This document shows positions 8,466 through 18,795 of a stretch of 64,000 nucleotides of DNA, one piece after another; positions within the stretch are counted from its first letter, which is position 1, and each line of letters begins with the position of its first letter. The notes below the pieces were generated by a model. The model had not been told where the DNA came from, did not search any database, and was given only the letters and a program-made list of their open reading frames with translations. Position numbers and translations under genes: made by a program. The DNA comes from a bacterium (GTDB lineage Bacteria; Patescibacteriota; Minisyncoccia; Sungbacterales; SURF-37): assembly GCA_030648055.1 (NCBI GenBank), contig JAUSHI010000002.1, forward strand, positions 178 to 64,177, written 5' to 3'.

Positions 8466-9650
8466 TTATAGTTTGACGCCGTACGGGCGCAGAAATTCGC
8501 GGGCGATGATAAGCTCCTGGATGTCGGATGTTCCTTCGTAGGTTGTGAGAACACGCGAGTCGGCAAGAATCCACGAAATTGGAGTTTCAGCCATGAAGCC
8601 CATGCCACCGTGGAGCTTTGCCGCAACTGTGGCGATTTCTTCCGCGGCCTCCGAGGCAAAGAGCTTTGCTTTTGAGGCCTTTGCCATCACGGTGTCGGGC
8701 GAGAACTCCTCGGCGTTGTCAATAACCCATGCGGCCTGGTATGTAAGAAGTTCCGCGGCTTCAATCAAGAGCGCCATCCGCGCGAGCTTTGATTGAGTCA
8801 TCTGGAAGTCGGCGATGCGCTTTCCGAACTGTTTCCGCTCAAGGGTGTATTTCATCGCTTCTTCAAAGGCGGCTTTCGCGACACCGACGCTTTGTGCCGC
8901 AATCATGGGACGTGAGGCGGTGAGCGTTGCCATCGCGATAAAAAATCCTTGTCCGATATTCCCAATGATGTTTGATCCCGGCACCCGGCAGTTTTCAAAA
9001 TAGAGGGAAGAAGTCGGCGAGCAATGGAGGCCCGTTTTGTTGAAGTCCTTTGTGATTGTGAGCGTTCCTTCGGCTCTCGCTTTATCCGCACCAACCAGTA
9101 CCATCGTGAGGTCGTTGCGGGGATGAGAGTCGTCGGTCCGAAGAAGAACGAGAATGAGGTTCGCGATTGAGCCGTTCGTGATGAACTGCTTTTCACCGGT
9201 GATGACCACATCGCCGTTTTCAGTACAAGTTCCGCGCGTGCGGATCGCGCCGACATCGGAGCCAGCTCCCGGCTCGGTTTGGGCGTATGCGGCGATGACT
9301 TCGCCTGAGGCGATTTGCGGGAGCCATCTGTTCTTCTGCTCGTTGTTTCCGAAAAGCACCAGTGGCTTTGCGACGAGTGACTGCGAAGCACCAATAGAAA
9401 GCCCGATGCCGGCATCCGCCCGGCAAAGTTCCATGGTGAGCATGGCGTAGGAAATATTGTCTAGTCCCGCGCCGCCGTATTCTTGCGGAATAATGGCGCC
9501 TGCAAATCCCGCTTCAACCATCTTCGCAAAGATATCGCGCGGGAATTCCTTTTTCCGGAGCTGTTCGCGGTGAGGCATGATTTCGCGCGTTGCGAAATCC
9601 CGCGCTTCCTGCTGGAGCATCCTCTGTTCGTCGGTTAAGCGGAAATCCAT
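8466..9650 (-). CDS. Acyl-CoA dehydrogenase
   Basis: 'TEPGAGSD', 'GEKQFITNG', 'RKQFGKRI', 'HGGMGF', 'YEGTSDIQ'; SD GGAGG before MDFRLTDEQ. Confidence 0.95.
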   Translation of the reverse strand: MDFRLTDEQRMLQQEARDFATREIMPHREQLRKKEFPRDIFAKMVEAGFAGAIIPQEYGGAGLDNISYAMLTMELCRADAGIGLSIGASQSLVAKPLVLFGNNEQKNRWLPQIASGEVIAAYAQTEPGAGSDVGAIRTRGTCTENGDVVITGEKQFITNGSIANLILVLLRTDDSHPRNDLTMVLVGADKARAEGTLTITKDFNKTGLHCSPTSSLYFENCRVPGSNIIGNIGQGFFIAMATLTASRPMIAAQSVGVAKAAFEEAMKYTLERKQFGKRIADFQMTQSKLARMALLIEAAELLTYQAAWVIDNAEEFSPDTVMAKASKAKLFASEAAEEIATVAAKLHGGMGFMAETPISWILADSRVLTTYEGTSDIQELIIAREFLRPYGVKL

Positions 9651-9818
9651 CGCACCCTCCTTATATATGTAAATGTTCTGCCTTCGGTATAGCAAGGAAA
9701 TTCGTTTTCGGCAATGCGGGAAAAAATAAAAATCATCCGTTTTTATTCGGCGTTTTATAGAGATAAAACTTATCCACAGCTAGCGTTGCGCCTCGTGCCG
9801 CTTGGGATATAATAGATA

Positions 9819-9985
9819 TGAAGCACCTTCGAGAGGAGTTTTCGCAAAGCAGGCCTCGCAGAGCAAGGCAATTCCAGAAAGCCAAGCACTCCGATTGCTT
9901 AGCAAAGACTCTTTTCACTTCACCAGCTCATTTACACCCACAACAACCAACAACCATAGGGCAGCAAACGCTGTCCTCCTTTTTT
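9819..9985 (+). ncRNA. Candidate structured sRNA
   Basis: Promoter TTGCGC-N16-TATAAT (9786-9813), long irregular hairpin 9819-9922, C/A-rich tract, terminator AGGGCAGC-AAAC-GCTGTCCT followed by a T-run. Confidence 0.4.
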
Positions 9986-9995
9986 ATATTTTTTG

Positions 9996-10436
9996 TTAAG
10001 GGTTTACGCTCGGGCACATGTTTGACGAAGGAAGCACTTTTGAAATTATTTTATCGGCCGTGTTTTTCAAAAATCCTTCATCGGCGTTATGGCTTTTCAG
10101 CTCTTCTAAAAGATCGGTTGTCTCTGCCGTAAGTTCAAGCGGGGTTTTTGTTCCGGCCTTATTTTGTTCTGGTGTTTTATTTTTTTGCCGGCCGTCTTCC
10201 AGTTCGTTTTGAAGAGCACCGAGGGATTCTTCTATTTTTTCAATAAGTTCAAGGCGTGTTTCCGCTGTATTTTTTCCGCCGAATAACGTTTTTGTGACCG
10301 CACCGGTAATACGGTCTTTAATTGAGCCGTCCGCTACGGCTAAGTTTTGCATATTTTTTGCCAAATCTCCCGGCAGGTTGGTAAACGCGAATGCCAGGAA
10401 AATAAGCACGATAATTGCGGCAAAAAAAGCTTTCAT
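9996..10436 (-). CDS. Hypothetical membrane-anchored/secreted protein
   Basis: N-terminal hydrophobic helix, coiled-coil. Confidence 0.7.
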   Translation of the reverse strand: MKAFFAAIIVLIFLAFAFTNLPGDLAKNMQNLAVADGSIKDRITGAVTKTLFGGKNTAETRLELIEKIEESLGALQNELEDGRQKNKTPEQNKAGTKTPLELTAETTDLLEELKSHNADEGFLKNTADKIISKVLPSSNMCPSVNP

Positions 10437-10566
10437 ATTTTTATTATACTATATTTCAGCCGCGCGACCGCATGGAATAAGGCGGCAAGCTGGTTGAGCG
10501 GTTTGCGGTGTTAATTGTCCGGCTATTTAAAATAAGTCCTTAAATAAGGTATGCTAAAATAGAAAT

Positions 10567-11052
10567 ATGAACGATATCGGTATAAATCAGCTTTTAAAAT
10601 TTTTTGCGGTGATTACGATTATCGCGGTTTTACTTGTGGCCGGAGTGTATTTCTTTTTGAGGTGGTCGGTTAATATAGAGCCCGCACCCGATAATTCCGG
10701 TAAGGCCCCTGCTCCGGCTACTGGTGGTATGGAGGTTAAGATCAAAAGTCCGGCGGAATCCGAATTGACGCCTCAAATATTTTATGACGGGACCGGTTTC
10801 CAGCCGGCGCGTGTTACGCGCGACGGCAGCGGAAGTATCGGGTGTCTGGCGGTACTGATAAATCGTTCATTGCGTTCGCTCTCGCTGGGTGTCGGGCAGA
10901 ATGAGGCGAAGCAGGGTTATGGTACGGTAGCCGCGGGAGAAAAATTTATTTTTGACCCCCGTTTCGTCGGCATAACGGAGCTTAGGATGTATAACTTAGA
11001 TAATCCAAAACAGGAATTTTTTATTGAGCTCGGCCCTAATTGCAGAATATAA
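10567..11052 (+). CDS. Membrane-anchored protein, possible cupredoxin-like beta domain
   Basis: TM helix, Pro linker, 'IFYDGTGFQPARVT'. Confidence 0.6.
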   Translation: MNDIGINQLLKFFAVITIIAVLLVAGVYFFLRWSVNIEPAPDNSGKAPAPATGGMEVKIKSPAESELTPQIFYDGTGFQPARVTRDGSGSIGCLAVLINRSLRSLSLGVGQNEAKQGYGTVAAGEKFIFDPRFVGITELRMYNLDNPKQEFFIELGPNCRI

Positions 11053-11064
11053 ATTAATGTATGC

Positions 11065-11303
11065 CACCCCTCCCCAGTTTTATAAAATATGTCACAGCGA
11101 GCCGCTTCGCCCGTGGTGGGAGGTGCTATTTCACAGGGTTTACTGCTGCGGGAGCGAGCTACGCTCGCTTCCTCGCAAAACCCGTGAAAAGCTATTTAAA
11201 CGCTTTTCACCACACGCGGCCCGCAGAATATAAACTTACACATTTCTCCTCCAAGTTTTGCCTGCTATGATGGTAAAACTGGAGAGGGATGCTCACGCTT
11301 GTA
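11065..11303. mobile_element. TIR-bounded hairpin element, family B (upstream of ftsK)
   Basis: CACCCCTCCCCAGTTTTA (11065-82) / TAAAACTGGAGAGGGATG (11274-91), followed by CTCACGCTTGTA. Confidence 0.6.
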
Positions 11304-11344
11304 GTGAAATTTATTTCGCTACACGCTTATAAATTTCAACAAGC

Positions 11345-13513
11345 ATGGCAAAGCGCAAAGAAAAAATAGTGCGGACGGTGGTTGAAAAGGGCAGGCCGAA
11401 AAAACGATGGCATGATGATATTGACCCGCATACTAAAAAAAGCATTTTCGCAGTGTTGTTTTTCGTGCTGACCGGAATCACGCTTCTTGCTTATTGGGGG
11501 AGAGCTGGAGTTTTGGGTGTATATCTGTTTGACATCCTTGATTATCTTATAGGCCGGGCTTATTTTTTGGCCCCCATAACTTTTCTTTTGATAGCGTTTT
11601 CGCTTATTTTTTCTTTTCAGAGAAAATTTTTTGCGGCAACTTTTATTGGTGGGGCCATTTTTTTAGTTTCGTCTCTTGCGCTGATTGATCTTCTGTTGAA
11701 GAACCATACTGCTGGAGCCGTGGGTTATTTTACGAATTTGCCTCTTTTTAAAATTTTTGATTTCTGGGCAAGCATGGTTATTGAAGCCGGTCTTTTGGTT
11801 GTCGGATTTTTAATTACTTTAAACATCCCGCTTTTCAAGAAAAGTGCGAGCGAGGAAGCTAAGGATATTGAAACAAGGGGGGTTGTAAAAGAGGCGGCAG
11901 AGGGATTGAAAGATTTTGCCAGTCAGATGAAAAATGTTGCAACGGAAATGAAAGAAGGCCTTGCCGGCGGAAAAGGAGAGGGCGGCAATGTTGCGGCCAC
12001 AAGTGCTGTTACGGTGGATGCCGGACGCAAGGCGCCAAAATCGGAAGAGCAGGAGACGGAGTTTAAACAGAAAAAAATTAAATCCAATTATAAAAAGCCG
12101 CCGCTTGATCTTTTGAGTGACGACCGCGGAACGCCTTCTTCCGGCGACATTCGCGCCAACGCTAACATCATCAGGCGCACTCTTCAAAATTTCGGCATTG
12201 ATGTTGAGATGGGCGAAGTATCGGTCGGGCCGACAGTTACTCAATATACACTGAAGCCAGCCGAGGGCGTGAAGCTCTCTAGGATTGAGGCCTTACATAA
12301 AGATTTGTCTTTAGCGCTCGCCGCGCATCCCATAAGAATTGAAGCGCCGATTCCGGGTAAGTCGCTTGTTGGGATTGAAATACCGAATCGGTCTATTGCT
12401 CTTGTCGGGCTTAGGAGCTTATTTGAAAATTCTATTTATCAAGAATCTGAGGCCGCCCTTCTTTTTGCTTTGGGACGCGATGTCGCGGGGGCTCCGGTTT
12501 ACGCGAATCTTGCCAAGATGCCGCATCTTCTTGTGGCCGGCTCAACCGGTTCCGGAAAATCGGTTTCAATTCACTCTATCATGATTTCTTTTCTCTATCG
12601 GAATTCTCCGGAGATGCTTAAATTTTTGGTCATAGATCCCAAGCGGGTTGAACTCGCGTCCTATTCTGGAATTCCCCATCTTTTAACCGCGCCCATCACC
12701 GATTATAAAAAAGCTATTGCCGCGCTTCGTTGGGCGGTAAGAGAAATGGAACACCGCTATGAAATTTTAGCCGGCGTTGGCGCAAGAGACCTTGTCGGCT
12801 ACAACAATATTATTTCCGGTAAAAAATCCGGAGAAGAAGAGCTGATGCCTTATATTGTTATCGTCATTGATGAGCTGGCTGATTTAATGGTTTCTTTCCC
12901 GAGAGAGGTGGAGGGCTCAATTATACGTCTTGCGCAAATGGCCAGAGCCGTCGGCATTCATCTTATTGTGTCAACGCAAAGACCGTCGGTTGAGGTTATT
13001 ACCGGACTCATTAAGGCAAACATTACTTCGCGCATTGCTTTTCAGGTTGCCTCACAAGTTGATTCGCGCACTATTCTTGATATGGGGGGCGCGGAAAAAC
13101 TTCTTGGGAATGGCGACATGCTTTTTTTGGCGGGGGATACGGCCAAGCCGCGGAGAATCCAGGGGGCTTTTGTTTCGGAAGGAGAGGTGAAAAAAGCAGT
13201 GGAATTTTTGAAAGAGCAAATGGAGGAAGAAGCGTCTTCGGGGGAAGAGATTTTTGCAAATGAACGCGCGAGCGAGTTTGATTCTGACGGAATTGGCGGA
13301 GACGGCGATGACCCTCTTTATGAGGAGGCGCGTGAACTTATAATTGAAGCTGGCAAGGCATCGGCCTCATATCTTCAGCGGAGATTGAAAGTAGGATACG
13401 CTAGGGCCGCGCGGCTTCTGGATATGCTTGAAGAGCAGGGCGTTATCGGGCCGGGTGAGGGTGCAAAACCCAGAGAGATTTTAATAGGAAAAGAGAATCA
13501 AGATTCTATTTAA
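11345..13513 (+). CDS. ftsK: DNA translocase FtsK/SpoIIIE
   Basis: 4-5 TM N-terminus, 'MPHLLVAGSTGSGKS', 'IDELADLM', gamma domain 'SYLQRRLKVGYARAAR'. Confidence 0.97.
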   Translation: MAKRKEKIVRTVVEKGRPKKRWHDDIDPHTKKSIFAVLFFVLTGITLLAYWGRAGVLGVYLFDILDYLIGRAYFLAPITFLLIAFSLIFSFQRKFFAATFIGGAIFLVSSLALIDLLLKNHTAGAVGYFTNLPLFKIFDFWASMVIEAGLLVVGFLITLNIPLFKKSASEEAKDIETRGVVKEAAEGLKDFASQMKNVATEMKEGLAGGKGEGGNVAATSAVTVDAGRKAPKSEEQETEFKQKKIKSNYKKPPLDLLSDDRGTPSSGDIRANANIIRRTLQNFGIDVEMGEVSVGPTVTQYTLKPAEGVKLSRIEALHKDLSLALAAHPIRIEAPIPGKSLVGIEIPNRSIALVGLRSLFENSIYQESEAALLFALGRDVAGAPVYANLAKMPHLLVAGSTGSGKSVSIHSIMISFLYRNSPEMLKFLVIDPKRVELASYSGIPHLLTAPITDYKKAIAALRWAVREMEHRYEILAGVGARDLVGYNNIISGKKSGEEELMPYIVIVIDELADLMVSFPREVEGSIIRLAQMARAVGIHLIVSTQRPSVEVITGLIKANITSRIAFQVASQVDSRTILDMGGAEKLLGNGDMLFLAGDTAKPRRIQGAFVSEGEVKKAVEFLKEQMEEEASSGEEIFANERASEFDSDGIGGDGDDPLYEEARELIIEAGKASASYLQRRLKVGYARAARLLDMLEEQGVIGPGEGAKPREILIGKENQDSI

Positions 13514-13546
13514 ATCAAAAGCGGAGCTTGGTCCCGCTTTTGATTT
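13513..13546. terminator. Bidirectional terminator
   Basis: AATCAAAAGCGG...CCGCTTTTGATT between convergent genes. Confidence 0.7.
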
Positions 13547-13553
13547 ACTTTGT

Positions 13554-14030
13554 TTATTTGCTTGGTAAATCTGGCCGTACTTGAATTGATTGTGCGCTGA
13601 TGCTTCCGTCTTGATTTGCCGTGCCGGTTACGGAAACCTGTTTTCCGATAGCGAGGTCTTGTGATGTTCCTGAAACATTTTTAGTTACAGGCGTTGTTCC
13701 CGTTAAGAAAATAATTTTTGAGCCCCCGTCGTTTAATTTTACCGTAATACTCTTGTCGTCTTTAGAAATTATTTCTCCGGCAGTGAACCCTCCGCCACCG
13801 CGCGTTGTTCCCCGCGGGCTTCCTCCTGCAAGGCCCGCGCTTCCAAATTGTTGCATGCGCGCTTGCCGCTCTTCTGGCGTAAGATTCGCTAATCCTCTGG
13901 CACCTTGAGTCGCTGCTGTATTTTGGCCGTATTTCATGCCGCCATAAAATGCCCCGCTTCCGACCACTACTGCGACCGCAATAACTATTGTAATTAGTTT
14001 GCTTGTATTGAAGGATGTTGAAGTATTCAT
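13554..14030 (-). CDS. Membrane-anchored OB-fold (DUF5666-like) protein
   Basis: TM helix, Gly-rich linker, 'GEIISKDDKSITVKL...DGSISAQSIQ'. Confidence 0.75.
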   Translation of the reverse strand: MNTSTSFNTSKLITIVIAVAVVVGSGAFYGGMKYGQNTAATQGARGLANLTPEERQARMQQFGSAGLAGGSPRGTTRGGGGFTAGEIISKDDKSITVKLNDGGSKIIFLTGTTPVTKNVSGTSQDLAIGKQVSVTGTANQDGSISAQSIQVRPDLPSK

Positions 14031-14086
14031 AAGATTTTTTAATTGATCAATTTTATTGAATCGCTCGACTAAGCAATTTATTTTTT

Positions 14087-15304
14087 TTATTCATATCTTA
14101 GTGCCTCAATCGGATTTAGTGATGCTGCACGGCGGGCCGGATAGTAGCCGAAGACAATTCCAATTGCGGCCGAGACGCCGAAAGCAAGAAGAATTGAAGA
14201 GATTGAAATGTTGGTTGCAATGCCGGCAAAACTGGAAACTGCGAAGGAAATTGTCCATCCGAGTATAACGCCGATAACACCCCCAAGAAAGGTGAGCATC
14301 ACTGCCTCCGAAAGAAACTGCAAAGAAATATCTTTTTTCTTGGCACCAATGGCCTTACGAAGACCAATCTCGCGCGTGCGCTCGGTGACAGTGGTGAGCA
14401 TCATATTCATAATTCCGATGCCGCCTACTATAAGTGAGATGCTGGCGACAGCAGCAAGAAAAATGGTGAAAGTATTTGTGACCTGCGTGAGCGTTCCGAT
14501 AATATCCGCTTGCGAGAGAATGGAAAAATCTGGGTTTTGCGGATCAACGCGATGTTTGGCGGCAAGTGCTGCGGTTGCGTCATTCTGCACTTGTGGCATA
14601 AGGTTTTTGTCTTCTACGTTTATGGCAATTGTTGAAAGAAAATCCGCGCCGGCAAGAATTTTTTGCATTGTAGTGAGCGGCACAAAAACCGTATCGTCAG
14701 GATTGAAAAATCCGGCGCTTCCTTTAGACGCAAGCACGCCAATAACTTTGAAATTTATTTTGTTAATGCGAATGGTTTTGCCTATTGAGTCTGAATCTGA
14801 GAAAAGATCGGTGGCGACTGTGGGCCCCAATACCGCCACTCGGCCCATACTGCGCAATTGGTTTTCCGCGATAAACGACCCCTGATCAACAGAAACATTT
14901 CTTACTAAAGGATACTCCGCGGTCACTCCGATAATGGTTGAGTTAGTGTTATTGCCGCCCGTAGAAGTTATCTGAAAACGCCGTTGAAGTTCCGGCGAAA
15001 TATAAGCCACGCCGGTAATCTGTTTTAAGACATCTAGATCTTCATTTTTAAGAGTTTGCGCCGCGCCACGACCGGAAGAAACAATGCCACGACCGGGTTG
15101 GATGACGCCGGGCAGTACAGTGAGAAGGTTTGAGCCAAGCCCTTCAATGCTTGATTGAATTTGCCCACTGGCGCCCTGGCCTATGGAAACCATAGCAATA
15201 ACCGATCCGATACCGATAACAATACCAAGCATCGTAAGGCCAGACCTGACCTTATTTGTCGAAAGTGCAGTATATGTTTCTTGAAATAAGTCTGAAATTA
15301 TCAT
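14087..15304 (-). CDS. MacB/FtsX-family ABC permease
   Basis: 'RSGLTMLGIVIGI', 'GGIGIMNMMLTTVTERTREIGLRKAIGA', 'PARRAASLNPIEALRYE'. Confidence 0.95.
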   Translation of the reverse strand: MIISDLFQETYTALSTNKVRSGLTMLGIVIGIGSVIAMVSIGQGASGQIQSSIEGLGSNLLTVLPGVIQPGRGIVSSGRGAAQTLKNEDLDVLKQITGVAYISPELQRRFQITSTGGNNTNSTIIGVTAEYPLVRNVSVDQGSFIAENQLRSMGRVAVLGPTVATDLFSDSDSIGKTIRINKINFKVIGVLASKGSAGFFNPDDTVFVPLTTMQKILAGADFLSTIAINVEDKNLMPQVQNDATAALAAKHRVDPQNPDFSILSQADIIGTLTQVTNTFTIFLAAVASISLIVGGIGIMNMMLTTVTERTREIGLRKAIGAKKKDISLQFLSEAVMLTFLGGVIGVILGWTISFAVSSFAGIATNISISSILLAFGVSAAIGIVFGYYPARRAASLNPIEALRYE

Positions 15305-15325
15305 GTCGTTTTGTGGTTATTAACA

Positions 15326-16057
15326 TTATTCAGTATTAAGCCTGAACTTATCGAATGGCTTAATAACGCGACGATGGTGATTTGTATTATCGGTTACAAT
15401 TTCGCCATCTTTTATATGAATAATGCGCTCCGCATGTTCTGCGACATACTGCTCATGGGTAATGAGAATGATAGTTCGTCCTTGATTAGAGTGAAGTTCT
15501 TGGAAAGTGCCGAGCACCATTTCGCCAGTTTTGGTATCAAGATTACCAGTTGGTTCATCGGCCAAAATTAATGTGGGATTGTTGACAAGCGCGCGGGCAA
15601 TGGCAACCCTTTGCATCATTCCTCCGGAAAGCTGATTGGAATAATGATTCCAAAATTGCTCCGGGAATGCGGAGGCGATAAGCGCTTCTGTTGTTCGCTT
15701 TTCGCGCTCTCCTTTTTTTACTCCAGCATACACGAGCGGCAAACCTACATTGCGAAGCACTGTTGCCCGCGGCAGAAGATTATATGATTGGAATACAAAA
15801 CCTATTTTTTTCATGCGGATACTAGCCAGTTCATCATCGGAAAATGTTGAAACATCGTGTTCGTCAAGAAGATATTGACCGGAAGTTGGCGTATCAAGAC
15901 AACCCAAAATGTGCATAAGCGTTGATTTGCCGGAACCGGAAGGACCCATAATAGCCACGAATTCTCCGTTATTGATTTTAAATGAAATGTTTCTAAGTGC
16001 TTTTGTTTCAATACCGGCATTCTGATATATTTTGGCTATGTTTTTACATTCAATCAT
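15326..16057 (-). CDS. MacB/LolD-type ABC ATPase
   Basis: [23 protein letters not shown]. Confidence 0.95.
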   Translation of the reverse strand: MIECKNIAKIYQNAGIETKALRNISFKINNGEFVAIMGPSGSGKSTLMHILGCLDTPTSGQYLLDEHDVSTFSDDELASIRMKKIGFVFQSYNLLPRATVLRNVGLPLVYAGVKKGEREKRTTEALIASAFPEQFWNHYSNQLSGGMMQRVAIARALVNNPTLILADEPTGNLDTKTGEMVLGTFQELHSNQGRTIILITHEQYVAEHAERIIHIKDGEIVTDNTNHHRRVIKPFDKFRLNTE

Positions 16058-16113
16058 GGTTCGATAGTTTGATAAGCTCACTAAACAACAAGCACACTCA
16101 CTATAAATAATAG

Positions 16114-17814
16114 TTAACGGCCGCCTCCTCCACCAAGGCCGGGTATTCTCAAACCGCTTGTTGGTTGTGTAGTGGGCGCTTTAACAGAATTCGAAATTGT
16201 TCTGACCGCAATAATATCGCCCTCCTTGAGACCATTTATTATTTCCGTAGATTCATCATTGGAAAGTCCGACTTCAACCGTTTGTTTGCGAGGAGTATTT
16301 TTTAGAACAATACCGTTTCCATTTGCAGTAGAAGCTGTAACAGCATCTTCACCTTCTATGATCTCTGCATAATGAGTGTTGCTTTGTGATTTTACCGCCG
16401 AAATTGGAATAAGCAACACATTTTGTTTTATATTGGTGATGATTGCCGCCGAAATGCTCATTGCCGTTTTAACTCTTTCGTCCTGCGTGTCAAAAGCTAT
16501 TTTAATTTTATAAGTTACCACCCCCTGCGAAACGGTTCCGATGGCATCAATTTCCGCGACTTGCCCGCTGATTGTAAGTTCGGGAATTGCGTCAAAAGTT
16601 AGTGTCGCCTTTTGGTCAATCTCTATTTTGGCAACATCCACTTCGTTTAAAGAAATTTCGGCGAGCTTTTGTTTTGTTATAAATGTTCCTATGATAGTTG
16701 CGGGTGATATCGAATCACCTTTTTCTAATTGAAGCTGGGCAACTATCCCGTTAAATGGCGCGCGGATGTAATAGTCGGCGAGCGCTTCCTCGGCGTCCCG
16801 TAAAGAATTTTCGCGTTGCTTGATGGTAAGTTTTTGGGATGTTATGTCCAAATCCGCGTTTAAGATAGCGTCCTTATCATTTTTTACGGTATTTCTTATG
16901 TTTGATAAGTTAAGAAGATGAGTGTTTGTTTTTCCGGTAAAGCCGTTCAAGCTTGATAAAAATGTAGTGGCAAGAGTATCTGGTTTCAAATTTTTTTCGG
17001 CGAACTTATCAACATAGAATTGTATTAGATTGTTTGCGCTTTTAACCGACTCTGCCACAGCTCTTGTCGTGTTGTACGATTCATTGATTAATGCCTCAAT
17101 GGTATTTTCATCGGAAGATCTGTTCGCGGCTTTGTAGTCGCCGAAGGCCTGGTCATAATTTTTTCGCGCTTCTTGATATTTGATGTAGGCATCATCTCTG
17201 AATTGCATTATTTTTTCATCATAATTTTTTGCCGCGTAAGAGAAGTAGTCTCCGTTCCATTGGCCCTTGCTGAAGTTTTCACCGTATAGCGTGTCGTGGG
17301 TGCCGCTGATAATACTCGGGAGGTCAAGAAAAGCGTTCGCGACGGTATTAAAGCCGTCCTCATAGGCCGCCTTGAGATCATCTTCCGCTTGTTTTTTATT
17401 TTTTGGTATGGCAAGGCCTTCCGGGCCGCTCAATTTTTCTAGTTGTAATTGCGCGCTTTCCAGATTTACCTTAGCGTCGCGCACTGTTTTTTTAGCGTTT
17501 CTGTCATCAAGTTGGGCGATTAGTGCACCTGCACCGATCTCTTGGCCGTTAATCACGCCGATATAAACAACATCACCAGAGACTTTCGGCTTTAGATCAA
17601 CTTGGTTGGAAGCGGATACTTGTCCGCTTCCAGTGATAGAGACAACGATTGTGTTTTTTCCGGTAGTGGCGACAATATAGCGGTTTTCAGTCGCCGTATT
17701 CCCGAATTTTTTATAGCCCCAGTATCCGCCACCGATAATTATAATAATACCAATAACTCCAAGCATTTTATGTGCTGAAGCGAATGTTTTTATTTTTTGA
17801 AAAATTTTGCGCAT
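16114..17814 (-). CDS. Periplasmic adaptor (MacA/HlyD-like membrane fusion protein)
   Basis: TM helix, lipoyl halves, long coiled-coil, 'IRAPFNGIV', 'VEVGLSND'. Confidence 0.9.
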   Translation of the reverse strand: MRKIFQKIKTFASAHKMLGVIGIIIIIGGGYWGYKKFGNTATENRYIVATTGKNTIVVSITGSGQVSASNQVDLKPKVSGDVVYIGVINGQEIGAGALIAQLDDRNAKKTVRDAKVNLESAQLQLEKLSGPEGLAIPKNKKQAEDDLKAAYEDGFNTVANAFLDLPSIISGTHDTLYGENFSKGQWNGDYFSYAAKNYDEKIMQFRDDAYIKYQEARKNYDQAFGDYKAANRSSDENTIEALINESYNTTRAVAESVKSANNLIQFYVDKFAEKNLKPDTLATTFLSSLNGFTGKTNTHLLNLSNIRNTVKNDKDAILNADLDITSQKLTIKQRENSLRDAEEALADYYIRAPFNGIVAQLQLEKGDSISPATIIGTFITKQKLAEISLNEVDVAKIEIDQKATLTFDAIPELTISGQVAEIDAIGTVSQGVVTYKIKIAFDTQDERVKTAMSISAAIITNIKQNVLLIPISAVKSQSNTHYAEIIEGEDAVTASTANGNGIVLKNTPRKQTVEVGLSNDESTEIINGLKEGDIIAVRTISNSVKAPTTQPTSGLRIPGLGGGGGR

Positions 17815-17829
17815 GTATTTTTAATAAAT

Positions 17830-18318
17830 TTATTTGGTATGTTGGTTTTTGTCCATTATCGGCTGGGGCGGATAGGGTAGGAGTCTTATGAGTTTGGCTT
17901 CAATTTGGGCGTTTTCATTCGGAGTTCCTATTATAACCGCGAATTCATCTGCTTTCATGTCTTCGGGTTTGATTGCGTCTTTTAACCGCCTAATGATTGT
18001 ATCGTCTTTAATTACAATAACTTTTTCAATATTGTCCGATCCGGCCAATATAAGTGTCGGCAGTTCTATTTTTATAATTTTTCCCATAGCTCCGTGCGCG
18101 CTGGAAAAATCCTTGTCGCGCGGCAAGTTTTCCATAAAATCTCCGTGGCGTTCGCCGAAGTTGCGATAATAGTTGTCCCCCCAGCGATAGGAAAACGCCG
18201 CTTTTCTATAGCCCACAAATATACCTGCTTGAAAAATCATAAGAATGACAATGACGCCCGCCAAACAATAAAGGGCGGTTTTAAACATTTTTGATTGCAG
18301 GAAATCTTTTATGGTCAT
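17830..18318 (-). CDS. Membrane-anchored OB-fold (DUF5666-like) protein
   Basis: TM helix, then 'HGAMGKII...GTPNENAQIEAKLIR'. Confidence 0.7.
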   Translation of the reverse strand: MTIKDFLQSKMFKTALYCLAGVIVILMIFQAGIFVGYRKAAFSYRWGDNYYRNFGERHGDFMENLPRDKDFSSAHGAMGKIIKIELPTLILAGSDNIEKVIVIKDDTIIRRLKDAIKPEDMKADEFAVIIGTPNENAQIEAKLIRLLPYPPQPIMDKNQHTK

Positions 18319-18342
18319 AAATATTATTTGATTTATTGATTA

Positions 18343-18759
18343 TTAGCTTGGTTGGGCGGGCTGGAATACATTTATCATGTTTTGCGCTGCCATTTTAATT
18401 GAGCCGAGGAGCATCAAGATTGTTGAAAGAAATATAGTAATGCTCAAAACCGGCAGTGACTCAACAAGCGACAAGAAAAATTCTTGCCAATAAACGAGTA
18501 CTGCTTCCGGGTCGGAGAATATGAGCGACACAAAGCCGGGAAGCCCTGAAGCGGTAGATTCTGTTTTTAGCATTTGATAACTTGGTATGAATGCTATGGC
18601 TGAGATTACTAAAAGTGATAAAAAGAAAAAAGTCTGTTTTTTTGCGGTTAAGCACTTTTCGGTTTCAATTTTATTTAAAATTCTTTTTAGAAGGTCCGGC
18701 GAGGGTTCGGGAGGCATAAGTCGTGGAGCCGGATTTTTGAAGTTTTTTTGTAAGGCCAT
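18343..18759 (-). CDS. Putative anti-sigma membrane protein
   Basis: Lies directly downstream of the ECF sigma gene; 'EPSPDLLKRILNKI' followed by TM helices. Confidence 0.6.
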   Translation of the reverse strand: MALQKNFKNPAPRLMPPEPSPDLLKRILNKIETEKCLTAKKQTFFFLSLLVISAIAFIPSYQMLKTESTASGLPGFVSLIFSDPEAVLVYWQEFFLSLVESLPVLSITIFLSTILMLLGSIKMAAQNMINVFQPAQPS

Positions 18760-18769
18760 TGTTTATTAA

Positions 18770-18795
18770 TACGAAAAAAGGACGCATTTTGGTGC
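18770..18795 (-). promoter_or_regulatory. Putative ECF promoter GCACC-N17-CGTA
   Basis: The same motif recurs at 18859-18884. Confidence 0.55.

Noticed and set aside
14208..14885. 225-aa + strand ORF
   Set aside because: It is antisense to the well-supported MacB-type permease.
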